From positions 39,370,001 to 39,434,000 of the forward strand of contig NC_043005.1 in the NCBI RefSeq assembly GCF_006345805.1: 64,000 bases of DNA, written 5' to 3'. Under the pieces are notes generated by a model. That model made no database searches. It was not told the DNA's origin and saw only the letters and a program-made list of their open reading frames with translations. Made by a program: the position numbers and the translations under genes. This document shows positions 17,660 through 30,404 of the stretch, one piece after another. This stretch comes from Octopus sinensis. Lineage: Eukaryota. How positions within the stretch are numbered: the first letter of the stretch is position 1; the number at the start of each line of letters is the position of its first letter.

Positions 17660-17775
17660 GAGCGAATATGTTAAGTCGGGACTCCTCGCTGACCACTCAT
17701 GCAGACCGCAACGACCCAATCCATCTCCTAAGAAAGTGGACATTCAGCTGTTCACGAACGGCAAGAGCAATATGC
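17660..17775 (-). mobile_element. Tc1/mariner-superfamily transposase C-terminal remnant
   Basis: Minus strand ALAVREQLNVHFLRRWIG / RCGLHEWSARSPDLT (one frameshift) matches FPGRWIGR.GP.EWPARSPDLT. The flanking element probably extends over ~17450-17892. Confidence 0.8.
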
Positions 17776-17904
17776 TTACAGATTAAATTATTATACTTCA
17801 AAAAAACACAAACATTTCGAGAACAAAATTACAATTGATATATAATTTATAAACATTTTGAAATAGGGAGTTACGTTTCAGTCATACTGTATATGTTTTT
17901 TTAG

Positions 17905-18235
17905 CTCTTATTTGTTTTAGTTATCGGACTGAGGCCATGATGGAGCACCAATTTGAAGCATTTTGTCAAAGAAGTATCCTCAGTACTTATTTTTTTTTAT
18001 GTCTAACACTTGTTCATACCTTACGTTTGGTAAGCGCTAGGGTGTACAAGACCAACACCAGTTGTCAAGCAGAGGGTGTGAGTCACACAAGCAGAAAGAC
18101 AAATATATATATATATATAAGTATATATATACACGCACACCCGCGCACACACATATACACAACCCCGCACGCATTCACGCTTGCACTGCACACGCACACA
18201 CATATACACATATATTATGCACTGGTCGTCTCGAA
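17905..18235 (-). mobile_element. SINE family B 3' two-thirds, head lost at the Tc1 junction
   Basis: GACTGAGGCCATGATGGAGCACC tail and GGTTGTCAAGC-like body shared with the 41965-42287 copy. Confidence 0.65.
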
Positions 18236-18240
18236 ACTAT

Positions 18241-18850
18241 ACAAGTTGCTTGCTAAAGATATAAAAACCATATTTCCGACCACCGGCCGAGTATACGTGT
18301 GGAGACAGCCAAAAGAAGCATTTGACCCAGACTGCCTTCTTCCAACTGTTAAACACAGAGGAGGATCCGTGATGATCTGTGGGGCTATATCTTGGAAATC
18401 CGCCGGCCCAAAAGTTTCCCTTCATGGCAGAATTAATAGTCAAGACTATTTAAGCAGTTTATCTGATCAAATTCATCCTATTGTTGCAGTACTGTTTCCG
18501 GAGGGAAACGCAATCTTTCAGGATGATAATGCACCAATTCACACAGCTCAAGTTGTTACTGAATAGCACGAGGAGCATTCTAGTGAAACTGGACATCTTA
18601 TCTGGCCACCACAGTTCCCAGATCTCGATATTATTGATCATTTATGATGCATTTTAGAAAAACAAGTAAGGAGTTGATATCCTCCACCATAATCACTGCT
18701 AGAACTGGAGACTGCTTTAGCGGAAGAATGGACAAGAAATCCTTTGAAAATAATTCAAACGAGTCCAGACTACCAAAAGCGGTTGTATCCCATATTAAGA
18801 TCAATTTGTTAGAAATTTTAAGGTGTTTCCATTATTTTGTCCAACACTTG
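18241..18850 (+). mobile_element. Tc1-like (DD34E) transposon, decayed, 5' part deleted
   Basis: PTVKHRGGSVMICGAISW...AIFQDDNAPIHTA...WPPQFPDLDIIDHL...LAEEW. Right TIR GTTTCCATTATTTTGTCCAACACTTG followed by TA at 18851-18852. Confidence 0.92.
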
Positions 18851-19202
18851 TATGCATACCTTGCTACCTTATTCTCTCATTATTTTAATATAGTTAAGGT
18901 GGTCGGGTATTTAAATATACGTCTAAAAAATGCAGTCATCCTCCGAAGCTGAATTCAGATTATGGTGTAACGTTCGCCTCATAATGTAGGAAGAGCTCGA
19001 AGCGACAATCAAACAGCGACTCGCTAGTAACAGCCTGCAGTTCGTTTCAGGCTCCTTCTATTGCACGGTTTCTTTACACTGGGACCAAATTAGTCTTATT
19101 ATTCACCATCATCTTCCTCCTCGTTGTCCCCGTCATCATAATCATCATCATTATTACTATAACAATACTAATCATCATTTTCACTGGCATCATCACCACC
19201 AG

Positions 19203-19239
19203 TACTACTACTGCTGCTGCTGTTGGTGCTGTTGCTGCA

Positions 19240-19310
<71 letters not shown>

Positions 19311-19360
19311 GGAGGAGGAGGAGGAGGAGGAGGAGGAGGAGGAGGAGGAGGAGGAGGAGG
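19203..19360. repeat. Compound (GCT)n(GAT)n(GAG)n microsatellite
   Basis: Direct reading. Confidence 0.97.
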
Positions 19361-20554
19361 CTAGTTCTGTATCTTTTATTTCCAAAGTTTATTTCAGTTA
19401 CTTCTCTCTTATCTAAGCACAATATATTTTTCTTCCTTCTTTTTGTTTTTGAGGGAGTTGAGTGTTCTTTTTCATGTTTTATTTATTACTTTTTCTATTC
19501 CATTAAACGGCCCTTCTCTCTCTTCTCGTTGCAACATATATTTCATATTTCACAATTCCCTCTAGGATAGCCTCCCGTGTTCGCCTTCTCTAGCATGCAT
19601 CGCAGTGGAATTCGATTGGGTTTTTTTTTCTTAGTATTTTATTTTCCACTCTCCCTCGAGCAAATATTCAACGTTAAAAGATCAATGCCAATATTCTAAA
19701 ATCAATTTCTATACAATATAGTTATTGTTTTTATATAATTTTTTTTCGCTTACTTTCTACTTAACATTTCGTTTTTGTTCTATATCTTTGCTTTCAACAA
19801 CCTAAATTAATGTTTCTGCGTTGCTTTCATTGTCTCATGCCGACATCCATATCTTGTTTGTTTTGGATCCTGTTACACTCAACAAAATTATACAGATCAT
19901 TCTTCATGTTGCCACTAAAAAAAAACAAAACAACCATATATTTTACATTTAATAAAGACTCAATGAATGGCATTGTATACAATGCCAATATTTGAAGCAT
20001 TCATCGATAAAAAAAATTAAAATCTTTTAAATATATATAATAATCTTGTGTTGATACATTATGTAAAAATTAAACAGCAACTTTAATAACCTCTTTTTAG
20101 CGATATCTAAATATTCCATCCATTTGATACAACAGCGCATTTTTATTCTCCAGACATCTAAATAAATGCCATTGTGTTGCAACCGGAGAGGGAGACATGT
20201 TTTATACGTAAATGTTCGTTGAATAGATACATTCTGTATCTGTCGAAGATACGCACTCTTTATGGTATTTTATTGAAATGTTTTTTCCTTTCTCTTTTTT
20301 CACCAAATGATGTTCCTCTCGGCGAGGATTAAAGCAAGAGCCGTTATGCAGTATAATTGTTTTACCATGCAGCCAAGTCCCGTCTCCGACCAACACTTAA
20401 GGTCGTTTTTATTGTCAGAAAAGGTGAAACATGTCTAGTCTCTTCTCTAATTTCTTGCACACACATTTCCCGTCGTCACCATAGTATTTACTATTATCCG
20501 TCCTACGACGTATTTTCTCCCCTCTCATTGAGTATCATCTAGTAGAATTGATCA

Positions 20555-20619
<65 letters not shown>

Positions 20620-20780
20620 CTCTATCTCTCTCTCTCTCTCTCTCTGTCTGCGAAAATGTATTCAATATAAAGAATAACTCGATTTGAACCTTCAATTTAT
20701 GATGTTTTTTTTTACAACGAACAATGGACAATTACTATACGAGCTGCGTCAGAAAGACACAAATATACTATTGTACTAGA

Positions 20781-20955
20781 GAAGAAGAAGATGATGAAGA
20801 AGAAGAAGAAGAAGAAGAAGAAGAAGAAGAAGAAGAAGAAGAGAGAGAGGAGGAGGAGGAGGAGGAGAAGAAGAGAGAAGAAGAAGAAGAAGAAGAAGAA
20901 GAAGAAGGAAGAGGAGGAGGAGAAGAAGAAGAAAGGGGAGGAGGAGGAGGAGGAG
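20781..20955. repeat. (GAA)n/(GAG)n polypurine microsatellite
   Basis: Direct reading. Confidence 0.97.
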
Positions 20956-21334
20956 GGACGGAGGGGGAGGCGGCGGTGGCTTCTTCTGTGCTGGCATGAA
21001 CAGACTGAATAACTAAAACATTGAAGAGATAAAGTGGAAAGTGGGTCAGACACAGGTTTAGCGTGGAATCAAAGAGAATGGAAATAAATTTATCTACGCC
21101 ACATCTTGATGATAAAGGTAATTCTTGCCGGAAGAATTTAAACTCAAACCAAATTCTAGAAATTAAGAGTTTGGTCCTCCATCAATATAGCAGGTTGAAT
21201 TAGGAAAGAATGCAGTAAAATTATGTATGCACATGTAAAAAGAGAAAATGAAATAGCCATTCGTTTCGACGACCAGAACTCCCTGTGGTTCGATAGACAA
21301 GATAGTTTACTCATTGGTTTGATTAGTAGAATTG

Positions 21335-21510
21335 GCAGAGCGTTGCAAAAGTTACATTGTGGTATTTGTACTAAATCCTTAGTTCTAAGTCACAATCTCA
21401 CCGCGGTCAACCTAAATTTTCATCGTTTCAGGGTCGGTAAAATAAAGTACCGGGTCAAGTATTAGAAAGGATGTAATCGACTAAAGCTTCTCCCCTTAAA
21501 ATTGCTGCCC
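21335..21510 (+). mobile_element. Decayed SINE family A
   Basis: GGTCAACCTAAATTTTCATCGTTTCAGGGTCGGTAAAATAAAGTACC...GATGTAATCGACT. Confidence 0.7.
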
Positions 21511-21859
21511 TTAAGCTTCAAGCAGAAATACTCGTAGGAGTTGCGGCTGAGTATTCCGTAAACAACTGTACACATATTACTTCCAAACAGTATGGCACAG
21601 TGTGGATTTTTGTATCACACGTACATCCGACACAGTTTCTGTCAACCTCCCAGTGTGTTGATGGTATTGGTGAAAGTGTTAGTTGTGGTAATGTTGGGGG
21701 TGGGGTGGGTTGGGGTGGGTGATATTTATTGTGGTGATGATGTTGGTGGTGAATTTGAATAGAAATTGTTTTACCATATGATCAACAGTATCCGATGTAC
21801 TAATGAAATTACCAGCGATATGGACACTGCAAATAATTGCTCGTTTCCACTACTAATAC

Positions 21860-21989
21860 AACAACAACAGCAACTACTACTACTAGTGTTACTACTACTA
21901 CTACAACAACAACAACAAATACTACTAATACAACTACTACTACTAATACTACTAAAACTACTACTACTAACAATAATAATAACAATAAA

Positions 21990-22033
<44 letters not shown>

Positions 22034-22037
22034 TAAA

Positions 22038-22102
<65 letters not shown>

Positions 22103-22106
22103 AATA

Positions 22107-22163
<57 letters not shown>

Positions 22164-22452
22164 TGATGATGATGATAAGAGCAACAACAACAACAATAAT
22201 AATGCATGAAATTCTTGTTGCTTGACGTCTCTGGGACTTGGGTGCAGTTTGTACAAATTAAAACAAACGCAAAATCTAATAATAATTATTATTATTATAA
22301 CAAAATCAGGAACAACAACGACGATGATGATGATGATCATGATCATGATCATGATGATGATGATGATCATGATGATCATGATGATGATGAACTTGATCAT
22401 GATCATGATGAGGATGATCATGATGATCATGATGATGATGTTAATAATAATA
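21860..22452. repeat. Compound (CAA/CTA/TAA)n and (GAT/CATGAT)n arrays
   Basis: Direct reading; a short unique stretch lies at ~22203-22275. Confidence 0.95.
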
Positions 22453-22857
22453 ACACGCCATGAGCCACAACATTATTAATTAAAATCGCAACACTAATGA
22501 CATTATCCAACAACACCGGCATAAGCAAGAACCAACCAAAAAAAAAAAAGAAAGAAAACAAGAGAACGAACAGAAAATTATTACATTTTGAATGTGTTTA
22601 CCAAATGTAAACCGCTTCTTGGTTTATGTGTTATGTAATATTGACACGCCAGTTGTCTTAATTATTACGGTGTACGCTTTCTCTCTGTGGGGTCGTTGTT
22701 TTATGTAGGTGAACGCAGGTAGCTGATTTTTGGCTTAGATGTGAGTGGACATGTGTTGCTACATGTATATACACGCATGTGTATATACATACAAATATGA
22801 ATACATATATACATACACACACACACACACACATATATAAATATATAAATGCATCCA

Positions 22858-22917
<60 letters not shown>

Positions 22918-23116
22918 AAGTAGTAGTAGTAGTAGTAGTAGCAGTAGCAACAGCAGCAGTAGTCGTAGTAGTAGTAGTAGTAGTAGTAGCAGCAGCAGCA
23001 GCAACAGCAGCAGTAGTAATAGTAGTAGTAGTAGCAGTAGTAGCAGCAGCAGCAGCAGCAACAACAGTAGTAGTAGTAGTAGTAGTAGTAGCAGTAGTAG
23101 CAGCAGCAGCAACAGC

Positions 23117-23157
<41 letters not shown>

Positions 23158-23219
23158 CAACAGCAGTAGCAGCAGTAGCAGCAGCAGCAGTAGCAGTAGT
23201 AGTAGTAGTAGTAGTAGTA
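22858..23219. repeat. (GTA)n/(GCA)n trinucleotide array
   Basis: Direct reading. Confidence 0.97.
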
Positions 23220-23527
23220 CCTCGGCTGAAATAGCGCAAGAATTAACCAATACTTAGAACTGCATAGAAATCCTTGAATATTGGAATTTCGGTCGAGTAC
23301 CATAGTATATTTGCCGCCCGATTTCGTTTGTTATTCTATTCATCCTTCAAAAGTGCTTATATCTGAGGGTAGTACAAAAACAAATATTGGTATTTCAACA
23401 ATTGTCGTATAATGTCGCAGTATTCCCTAACGAAACACATGATGAGTGACTGAAGATGTTGCAATAAAAATACTTAAACCATCTCTGACATCCATACATA
23501 TATATATATAATTATATGGTATTTTTA

Positions 23528-23560
<33 letters not shown>

Positions 23561-23715
23561 ATACTTGTATGTTAGTGTGTGTATGTATATATGTACCAAG
23601 ATACATACATATACGTGTGTGTGCGTGCGTATATATGTAGGTATGTTCCGTGAGTACTCCGTCTGGTGAGAGACAAATATTATTTAATATACACAGTAAA
23701 TGATTTTATGTGCTA

Positions 23716-24338
23716 CTATTAATTTCATGTGCTGAGAACAGGCCAAACATTGTTTTATAACATGTTTGGTGTTCAAACCCTATCACCAGGAACTGCTCAC
23801 ATAGCATAACGAATTAAAAATGGAGCCCGTGAGAAAGTGAGAAAAGGCAAAAAGTAAGCATATATAAAACTTGGAGGGTTGAAAACCGGAAAACGACTAT
23901 CAGAAAGAAGAAAACAAAAGATGAATAAGGGTTATTTCCCTTAAACCGTAAATTATAAAGCTGGAAAGGTCGTAGTTTAGAGCTTATACTATAGTTATTA
24001 ATCTGACGTAGGAGGTACTTACCAATTCTTCAGCAGGAACTTAGGCAAACGCTTACAACCGTTGAAACTTTCATATGAATAATTACAACATAAGCTCTAA
24101 GCCACGACCTTTTTAGCTCTATAACTTGCAGTCCACGGTAAATAACTCTTATTCCCTTTCTTTTGTTTTTGCTTTCTCATTTTTCTTCGTTTTCTGGTTT
24201 TTCAGCCCTCAAAATTTTATATATGCGTCCTTCTCTCCATTTCTCGCTCCATTTTTAATTCGTCACGCCTGATGATTGGGCTGGGACACTAAGCATGTTA
24301 TGAACCAATGTTTGGCCTGCTGTCAGCACATGAAATAG
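23716..24338. mobile_element. Long-TIR foldback MITE with TA target duplication (Tc1/mariner-type)
   Basis: Ends CTATTAATTTCATGTGCTGAGAACAGGCCAAACATTG / CAATGTTTGGCCTGCTGTCAGCACATGAAATAG, with TA on both sides. Arms are alignable by eye for roughly 280 bp. Confidence 0.85.
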
Positions 24339-24720
24339 TATCACCTAAATAATATTTCGTGCATATTAAGTAATAATTTAATGTTTATTAAATAACTATA
24401 TATAATATATAATAATGTAGGTAGCCGATTGACAGTAGGCGCAGTATGTATGCATGTAAGTATGTAAGTATGTATGTAGGTATGTATGTACACTCACGGG
24501 AACTCAGATCAGGTGAAACCGAGATCAGTACGAAATCAGGTAAATTGGGTATATCTGCTTCCTCACTTGTGAGCTTGTCTTACTACGGTACGGAGCTTTC
24601 TCGCTTCCTCTCTTTCGTCAATTTACAAAGTTAGAGCTTTTTGTGGGTAATTGTGTCGATTTTGACTCTTCTTTCTAGAAATTCTGCTACTATTTTGTAC
24701 CCATGTTTACACCAACACAA

Positions 24721-24817
<97 letters not shown>

Positions 24818-25199
24818 GGCACATGTATGGTTATGTGATTAAGAAGTGATGCAAGGTATTTTGAGCAAGTGTCTTATACTAGAGCCCTGTGAGTGAATTT
24901 ATTCAACGGAGAAGGGAGAAATAAAGAAATTGAAGAATCTAGGCGCTGTATTCACGAATGAGAGAAGTGAGAGACTTAATTGGATGTTAGTATTGCTGTT
25001 GCTGGCAGCTCTAGCATTCGAACATCAAAAAAGGAGAAGTTGGTAAAATAAAGAAAAAACAAACAAACTCGTTATGTTGAATTCTGTTTTTGTGCCTATT
25101 CACATATATGGTAAGGAATGTTGCATAATGCCTGAAAGAATACGATCAACAATGAGGTTCCTCCGAAGAATACCATGAATAATGTTACTCAACATGGTG

Positions 25200-25490
25200 C
25201 GTAGCTCTGAAATTAGATAATCACTCGAGCAGCAACTCTCTATATCCTGAGTTCACTACTTTGGCACTACATTTAAACTGAATGATGCAGGAAAGAATAG
25301 CAAGACAGATCCCTCAAACCCAGTCAACCAGCAGCAGTCCTGTGGGTAACCCAGGAATACCATGTCTGGATTATATGTATAAGCTCAGTTATTCACATTT
25401 GGACAACAAGCCCGGAAAGTCTAGTGACGGTCGCTTCTGGGAGGACCCTATAGTGGAGGTGCCTGAGTTATTTACTAGCACGATGTAACT
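25200..25490 (+). mobile_element. RTE-clade LINE 3' fragment
   Basis: MMQERIARQIPQTQSTSSSPVG...CLDYMYKLSYSHL parallels the 5172 copy and RTE C-termini. Confidence 0.6.
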
Positions 25491-25744
25491 AATTATAGTG
25501 GACGAAGGAAATGGTTGGATAGATGTATATATATACATGTATGTGTGGGGTTGTATATATATATATATTATATTATATATACATACATACATACATGTAT
25601 GTGTGGAGGTGTATATATATGCTCATACACAAGGTATTCGGACTGAATTTGATAGTGAGTAAACAAAAACATATTATCCTATCCAAAAATAAAAGTAATT
25701 TGAAAAGTAAAAATATCATCTTGATTACGGCTAGAACATAAAAG

Positions 25745-26215
25745 TTTGCTCAAAGTAGTAGCCCACCACCGTCACAAGACGGCTCTGGCGCCTGGCCCAC
25801 ACATTCCTGGGGGAAATCTTCAAACTCTACCATCAGCTCGGCCTTTATGCTGCGAGCAGAGCGGTTGGTGTCCTTCACAATGCTGCCACATGCATAACGA
25901 TTCATGGCTTTGATACCAAAGAAATTATGAGGCCAGAAATTAGGGACGTTGAAGTAAAACTTTTCCGCCAAGCAATTCTGATTTTTTCTGAAATATGGCA
26001 AGTAGTCGAATCTTGCTGCCACTCATATGGCTTTCCACCTGCAACGCTCTAACCAGAGATTGACCACAGTCCACAGCAGCTTCACTACGCCGTCCGAATT
26101 GAGTTTAAGACCTTGTGGAGTGGCATGATGTCACTCTCAGAGGAAACTCACCAAAATACCATCATACTTTGAGGAAACTTGGTTTCCATGATGTCCATGT
26201 GACGTCTTACCGCCT
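25745..26215 (-). mobile_element. maT/DD37D-type mariner transposase remnant
   Basis: Minus strand with frameshifts: METKFPQSMMVF..VSSESDIMP, GLKLNSDG, AGGKPYEWQQDSTTCH, PNFWPHN, IVKDTN, EFE. Confidence 0.85.
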
Positions 26216-26313
26216 TTACAGTGTTCACAGGGCATTGAGAAGTAGACATGAAGAAGAAGAAGAAGAAAGAGAAGAAGAAAAGAAGAAGAAGAAGAAGAAG
26301 AAGAAGAAGAAAG

Positions 26314-26366
<53 letters not shown>

Positions 26367-26723
26367 GGAGAGGGAGGGGAGGGCAGTGGGAGGAGGAGGA
26401 GAATAATGATTGACAGTTTAACGTTGATCATTACGAGAAAATCCAATACTACATTTGACTATATGTAGAATTAATTAGATCCGAATATTGCATTTTAAAC
26501 ACAGAATTGAATCACTGAAGCAAATATTTACCCACATCATGACACGCAATATTATCCAATTTAAGGTTTACCTATGCCCGCATGTTCAAACATGCTTCTT
26601 CCTGAAAAGGCATACTTTCTGGTCTATAAATTAGCATATATATATGTATAATCAAACAAATGGACATCTATATAGTTATACAAATAGATGGCAGCAATAG
26701 TTGTCATCAGCCAAATTTCGCAG

Positions 26724-26792
<69 letters not shown>

Positions 26793-26878
26793 TGTATGTA
26801 TGTATGTATGTATGTTGCAGCGTGGAAGATGTTTGTAAGCCATTAAGAACACATATATATATATATTGTATGCATGTG

Positions 26879-26922
<44 letters not shown>

Positions 26923-27000
26923 TATACATACACACACACAGACATATATACATATATATATATACGTATGTATATACATGGACATATATATATATATATA

Positions 27001-27696
27001 ACGGGAAGCTTTATGAACATAAACAAAAGACGAATGCAGGTGGAATACAAACAAACAATTGTATTAGTATGGCGCTCAGGAATATAATAAAACAAGTCTT
27101 TTACGTTTCGAGCCTACGCTCTTCAACAGAAAGATACACAGAGAAGAAACACAGAAAGAAATCGATATATATATATATATATATATATGATATATATACA
27201 TATATATATATATATACATACATACATAATACATAGATAACATACCACATATACATATAATATATATCATATATATATATAGAAGAAGAAGAAAGAAGAA
27301 GAAGAGGACGAAGAAAGAAGAAGAAGAAGAAGAAGAAGAAGAAGAAGAAGAAGAAGAAGAAGAAGAAGAAGAGAAGAAGAAGAAGAAGAAGAAGAAGAAG
27401 AAGAATGTGGAAGTGGTATAACAGTAGCAGGATGTGGTGGAATCCTCTTAAATGGTCAAGTGACTTAAAAGTGACTCGTTTTGGTTGGAATAGTAGTGAC
27501 TGGAATTGTTCTGAATAAATTTATATGAAGTGACTGATTTGAAAATATCGTTTTTAATATTTGCGTGTGAGTTATACTAAGGCCCTGGGGATATTGTCAT
27601 TTGTGATGGATGCATTCAAATTGGTAGAGGGGAAAAATTCTGAAGCTGGGTTGTTTGTTATTGGTGCAAATATCGATGTGTTCACTGAGTTGAACC
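27001..27696 (-). mobile_element. Penelope-like element 3' segment (end of GIY-YIG domain plus pseudo-LTR), interrupted by (TTC)n/(TA)n
   Basis: Minus strand LSEHIDICTNNKQPSFRIFPLYQF, then a non-coding tail shared with the 31720 and 56020 copies, including the hammerhead motif. Confidence 0.75.
27098..27133 (-). ncRNA. Minimal hammerhead-like motif, variant core (copy 1)
   Basis: CTTT-CTGTTGA-A-GAGC-GTAG-GCTC-GAA-ACGT-A-AAAG. Confidence 0.55.
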
Positions 27697-28371
27697 GTTC
27701 AACTCATGCTACCCCAGACACACTAGAATGAATATCCCCTTCAATCTAGCAAAAAAGATTTGTATTATAGTTTCTAATACAAGCACTAGGGACACACGGC
27801 TACATGAACCAAAGGACACGCTCATCACCAGGAACTACCCACCATCATTAATTGATAAATGCTTTCAACATGTCTTACATTTCAACATCCACGAACTCAG
27901 ACATCCCAAATTAAAGAAGGATTTAGAACCAAAAGCTCTACCATACATCACACACATCCCTCTTAACACTGACGCCTTCGACACCATCCTCCAAAACATT
28001 CCCCTACTAAAAAGGGACCACAGAATTAATTTAATCTTTCAAACGAACACCATAATAAAGAGTAAAAGACATCCCAAATTTATTAAAAGTCTCCTAACAC
28101 ACGCCCGAATACGCTCAACAACAACACTGAAGCTGTCAGTAAAAACTGAGGAAGACCTAAGTATTGGTACATGCGTCAACCTAATTGAGGAATCAGGGTT
28201 CTTTTTCGAACAGTGAAAAGCAATTTCATATGTGCTTCGGACTACCTGATATATGTATTAATCTTTTCTGGGTGTCGTGAGCAATACATAGGCAAAACCC
28301 AAAACAGTCAACGTCAGAGGATGTCTCTACACAGATCTCAGATCAAAATTCCGAAAACCAGACAAATAGCA
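27697..28371 (+). mobile_element. Penelope-like element RT C-terminus, Cys-rich linker and GIY-YIG endonuclease (decayed)
   Basis: FNSCYPRHTRMNIPFNLAKKICIIVS...RNYPPSLID...; degenerate CGRPKCGTC linker at ~28145; LIYVLIFSGCREQYIGKT...QRMSLHRSQI at 28247-28345. Confidence 0.9.
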
Positions 28372-28479
28372 TCCTTCATGCTTTACTCTTAGCTGAAAAT
28401 GTAGCAAAACTGAAACCGGTACTAAAATGTTCTTCATGATAAAATTATTTTAGCATTTTATACTTAGCCCTATTTTCCT

Positions 28480-28519
<40 letters not shown>

Positions 28520-28529
<10 letters not shown>

Positions 28530-28618
28530 TGTGCATACACATTCACAAAACACTCAGAAATTCCTGTATCTAAGCTATATATATTTATACCTGTACACAC
28601 ATATGTGTATACATATAA

Positions 28619-28650
<32 letters not shown>

Positions 28651-28745
28651 TGTGCATACACATTCACAAAACACTCAGAAATTCCTGTATCTAAGCTATA
28701 TGTATTTATACCTGTACACACATATGTGTATACATATAATGTGTG
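28520..28745 (+). repeat. Tandem duplication of a ~125-bp unit anchored in (TG)n
   Basis: GTGTGCATACACATTCACAAAACACTCAGAAATTCCTGTATCTAAGCTATAT.TATTTATACCTGTACACACATATGTGTATACATATAATG occurs twice with one mismatch. Confidence 0.92.
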
Positions 28746-29413
28746 TGTGTTTGATATTTCGATTCATACCAGTGGCTTTGTGATCGCGTTTCAGTTTCAA
28801 ATTAGCTTCATGAGTATGATACCATTGATATTGTTCAAATTAATATACACACATGCGCACATACCTACATACACACACACACACACACACATACATACAT
28901 ACATACATACATACATACATACATACATACATAATACATATATACAGAAAGACAGACATATATGCATGTATACCAACCACATTCGACGCTTCCAAAGTTC
29001 GAGCACACACACGCACATATATATACATACATGTATATATATATATATATATACGATGTACATATACCTCTATATCTGTATTTATCGATTAATATACATA
29101 TGTATATATATATATTTATTTATATATATAATATATACATATACATACACTTATTTGTGTGTATGTAGGTATAGATACATACATATATGCATGTATGTAT
29201 ACATATATGCATGCATATATATATATATATAAATGGATGCAAGTATATATACATACATACGTACATACACTTATGTATGAAAGTAAATTTATTAATACTT
29301 GTTTTATGTATGTTATACTATCGAAAATTAATTTGAAATAGAACTCCCTCCAGGTATCCTGTTTATATGCATATATTTCAAGGTGGGGGTGTATAAATGT
29401 ACGCGCGCACACA

Positions 29414-29970
<557 letters not shown>

Positions 29971-30404
29971 CTTAACAACATAGATGTATATGCCGATACC
30001 CAATTTAGATTTAATATAATTGAACTAGATTGTAGAAATGCATTTTACTTGGAATGAAGCTTAAAACAGTTATCACTAAAGTTAATTTATCCTTGACCTA
30101 CAAATATTTACAAACCTGGTCTCACGCAATTATATTCGTAAGCATTTTTAATTAATATTTAATTAACAGAATATAGCCCCCCAGCCACATAAACTCCAAC
30201 GCAAACTTAATGGTTAGTTCCCGGCTTTAGTTGTTTGCTCTCCTGTGTTATAACAGTAACATATATACAAGCAACAATCACTAAAAACACATATATAAAT
30301 ATATGTATATACAACCCTGCGTTTACCACCAAACTAACACAGCTTTTGTGGGGTGGAGAAAGAAAAGCGATCTCAGTTTTTGTTTTGCAATATTTTTGAT
30401 GTGT

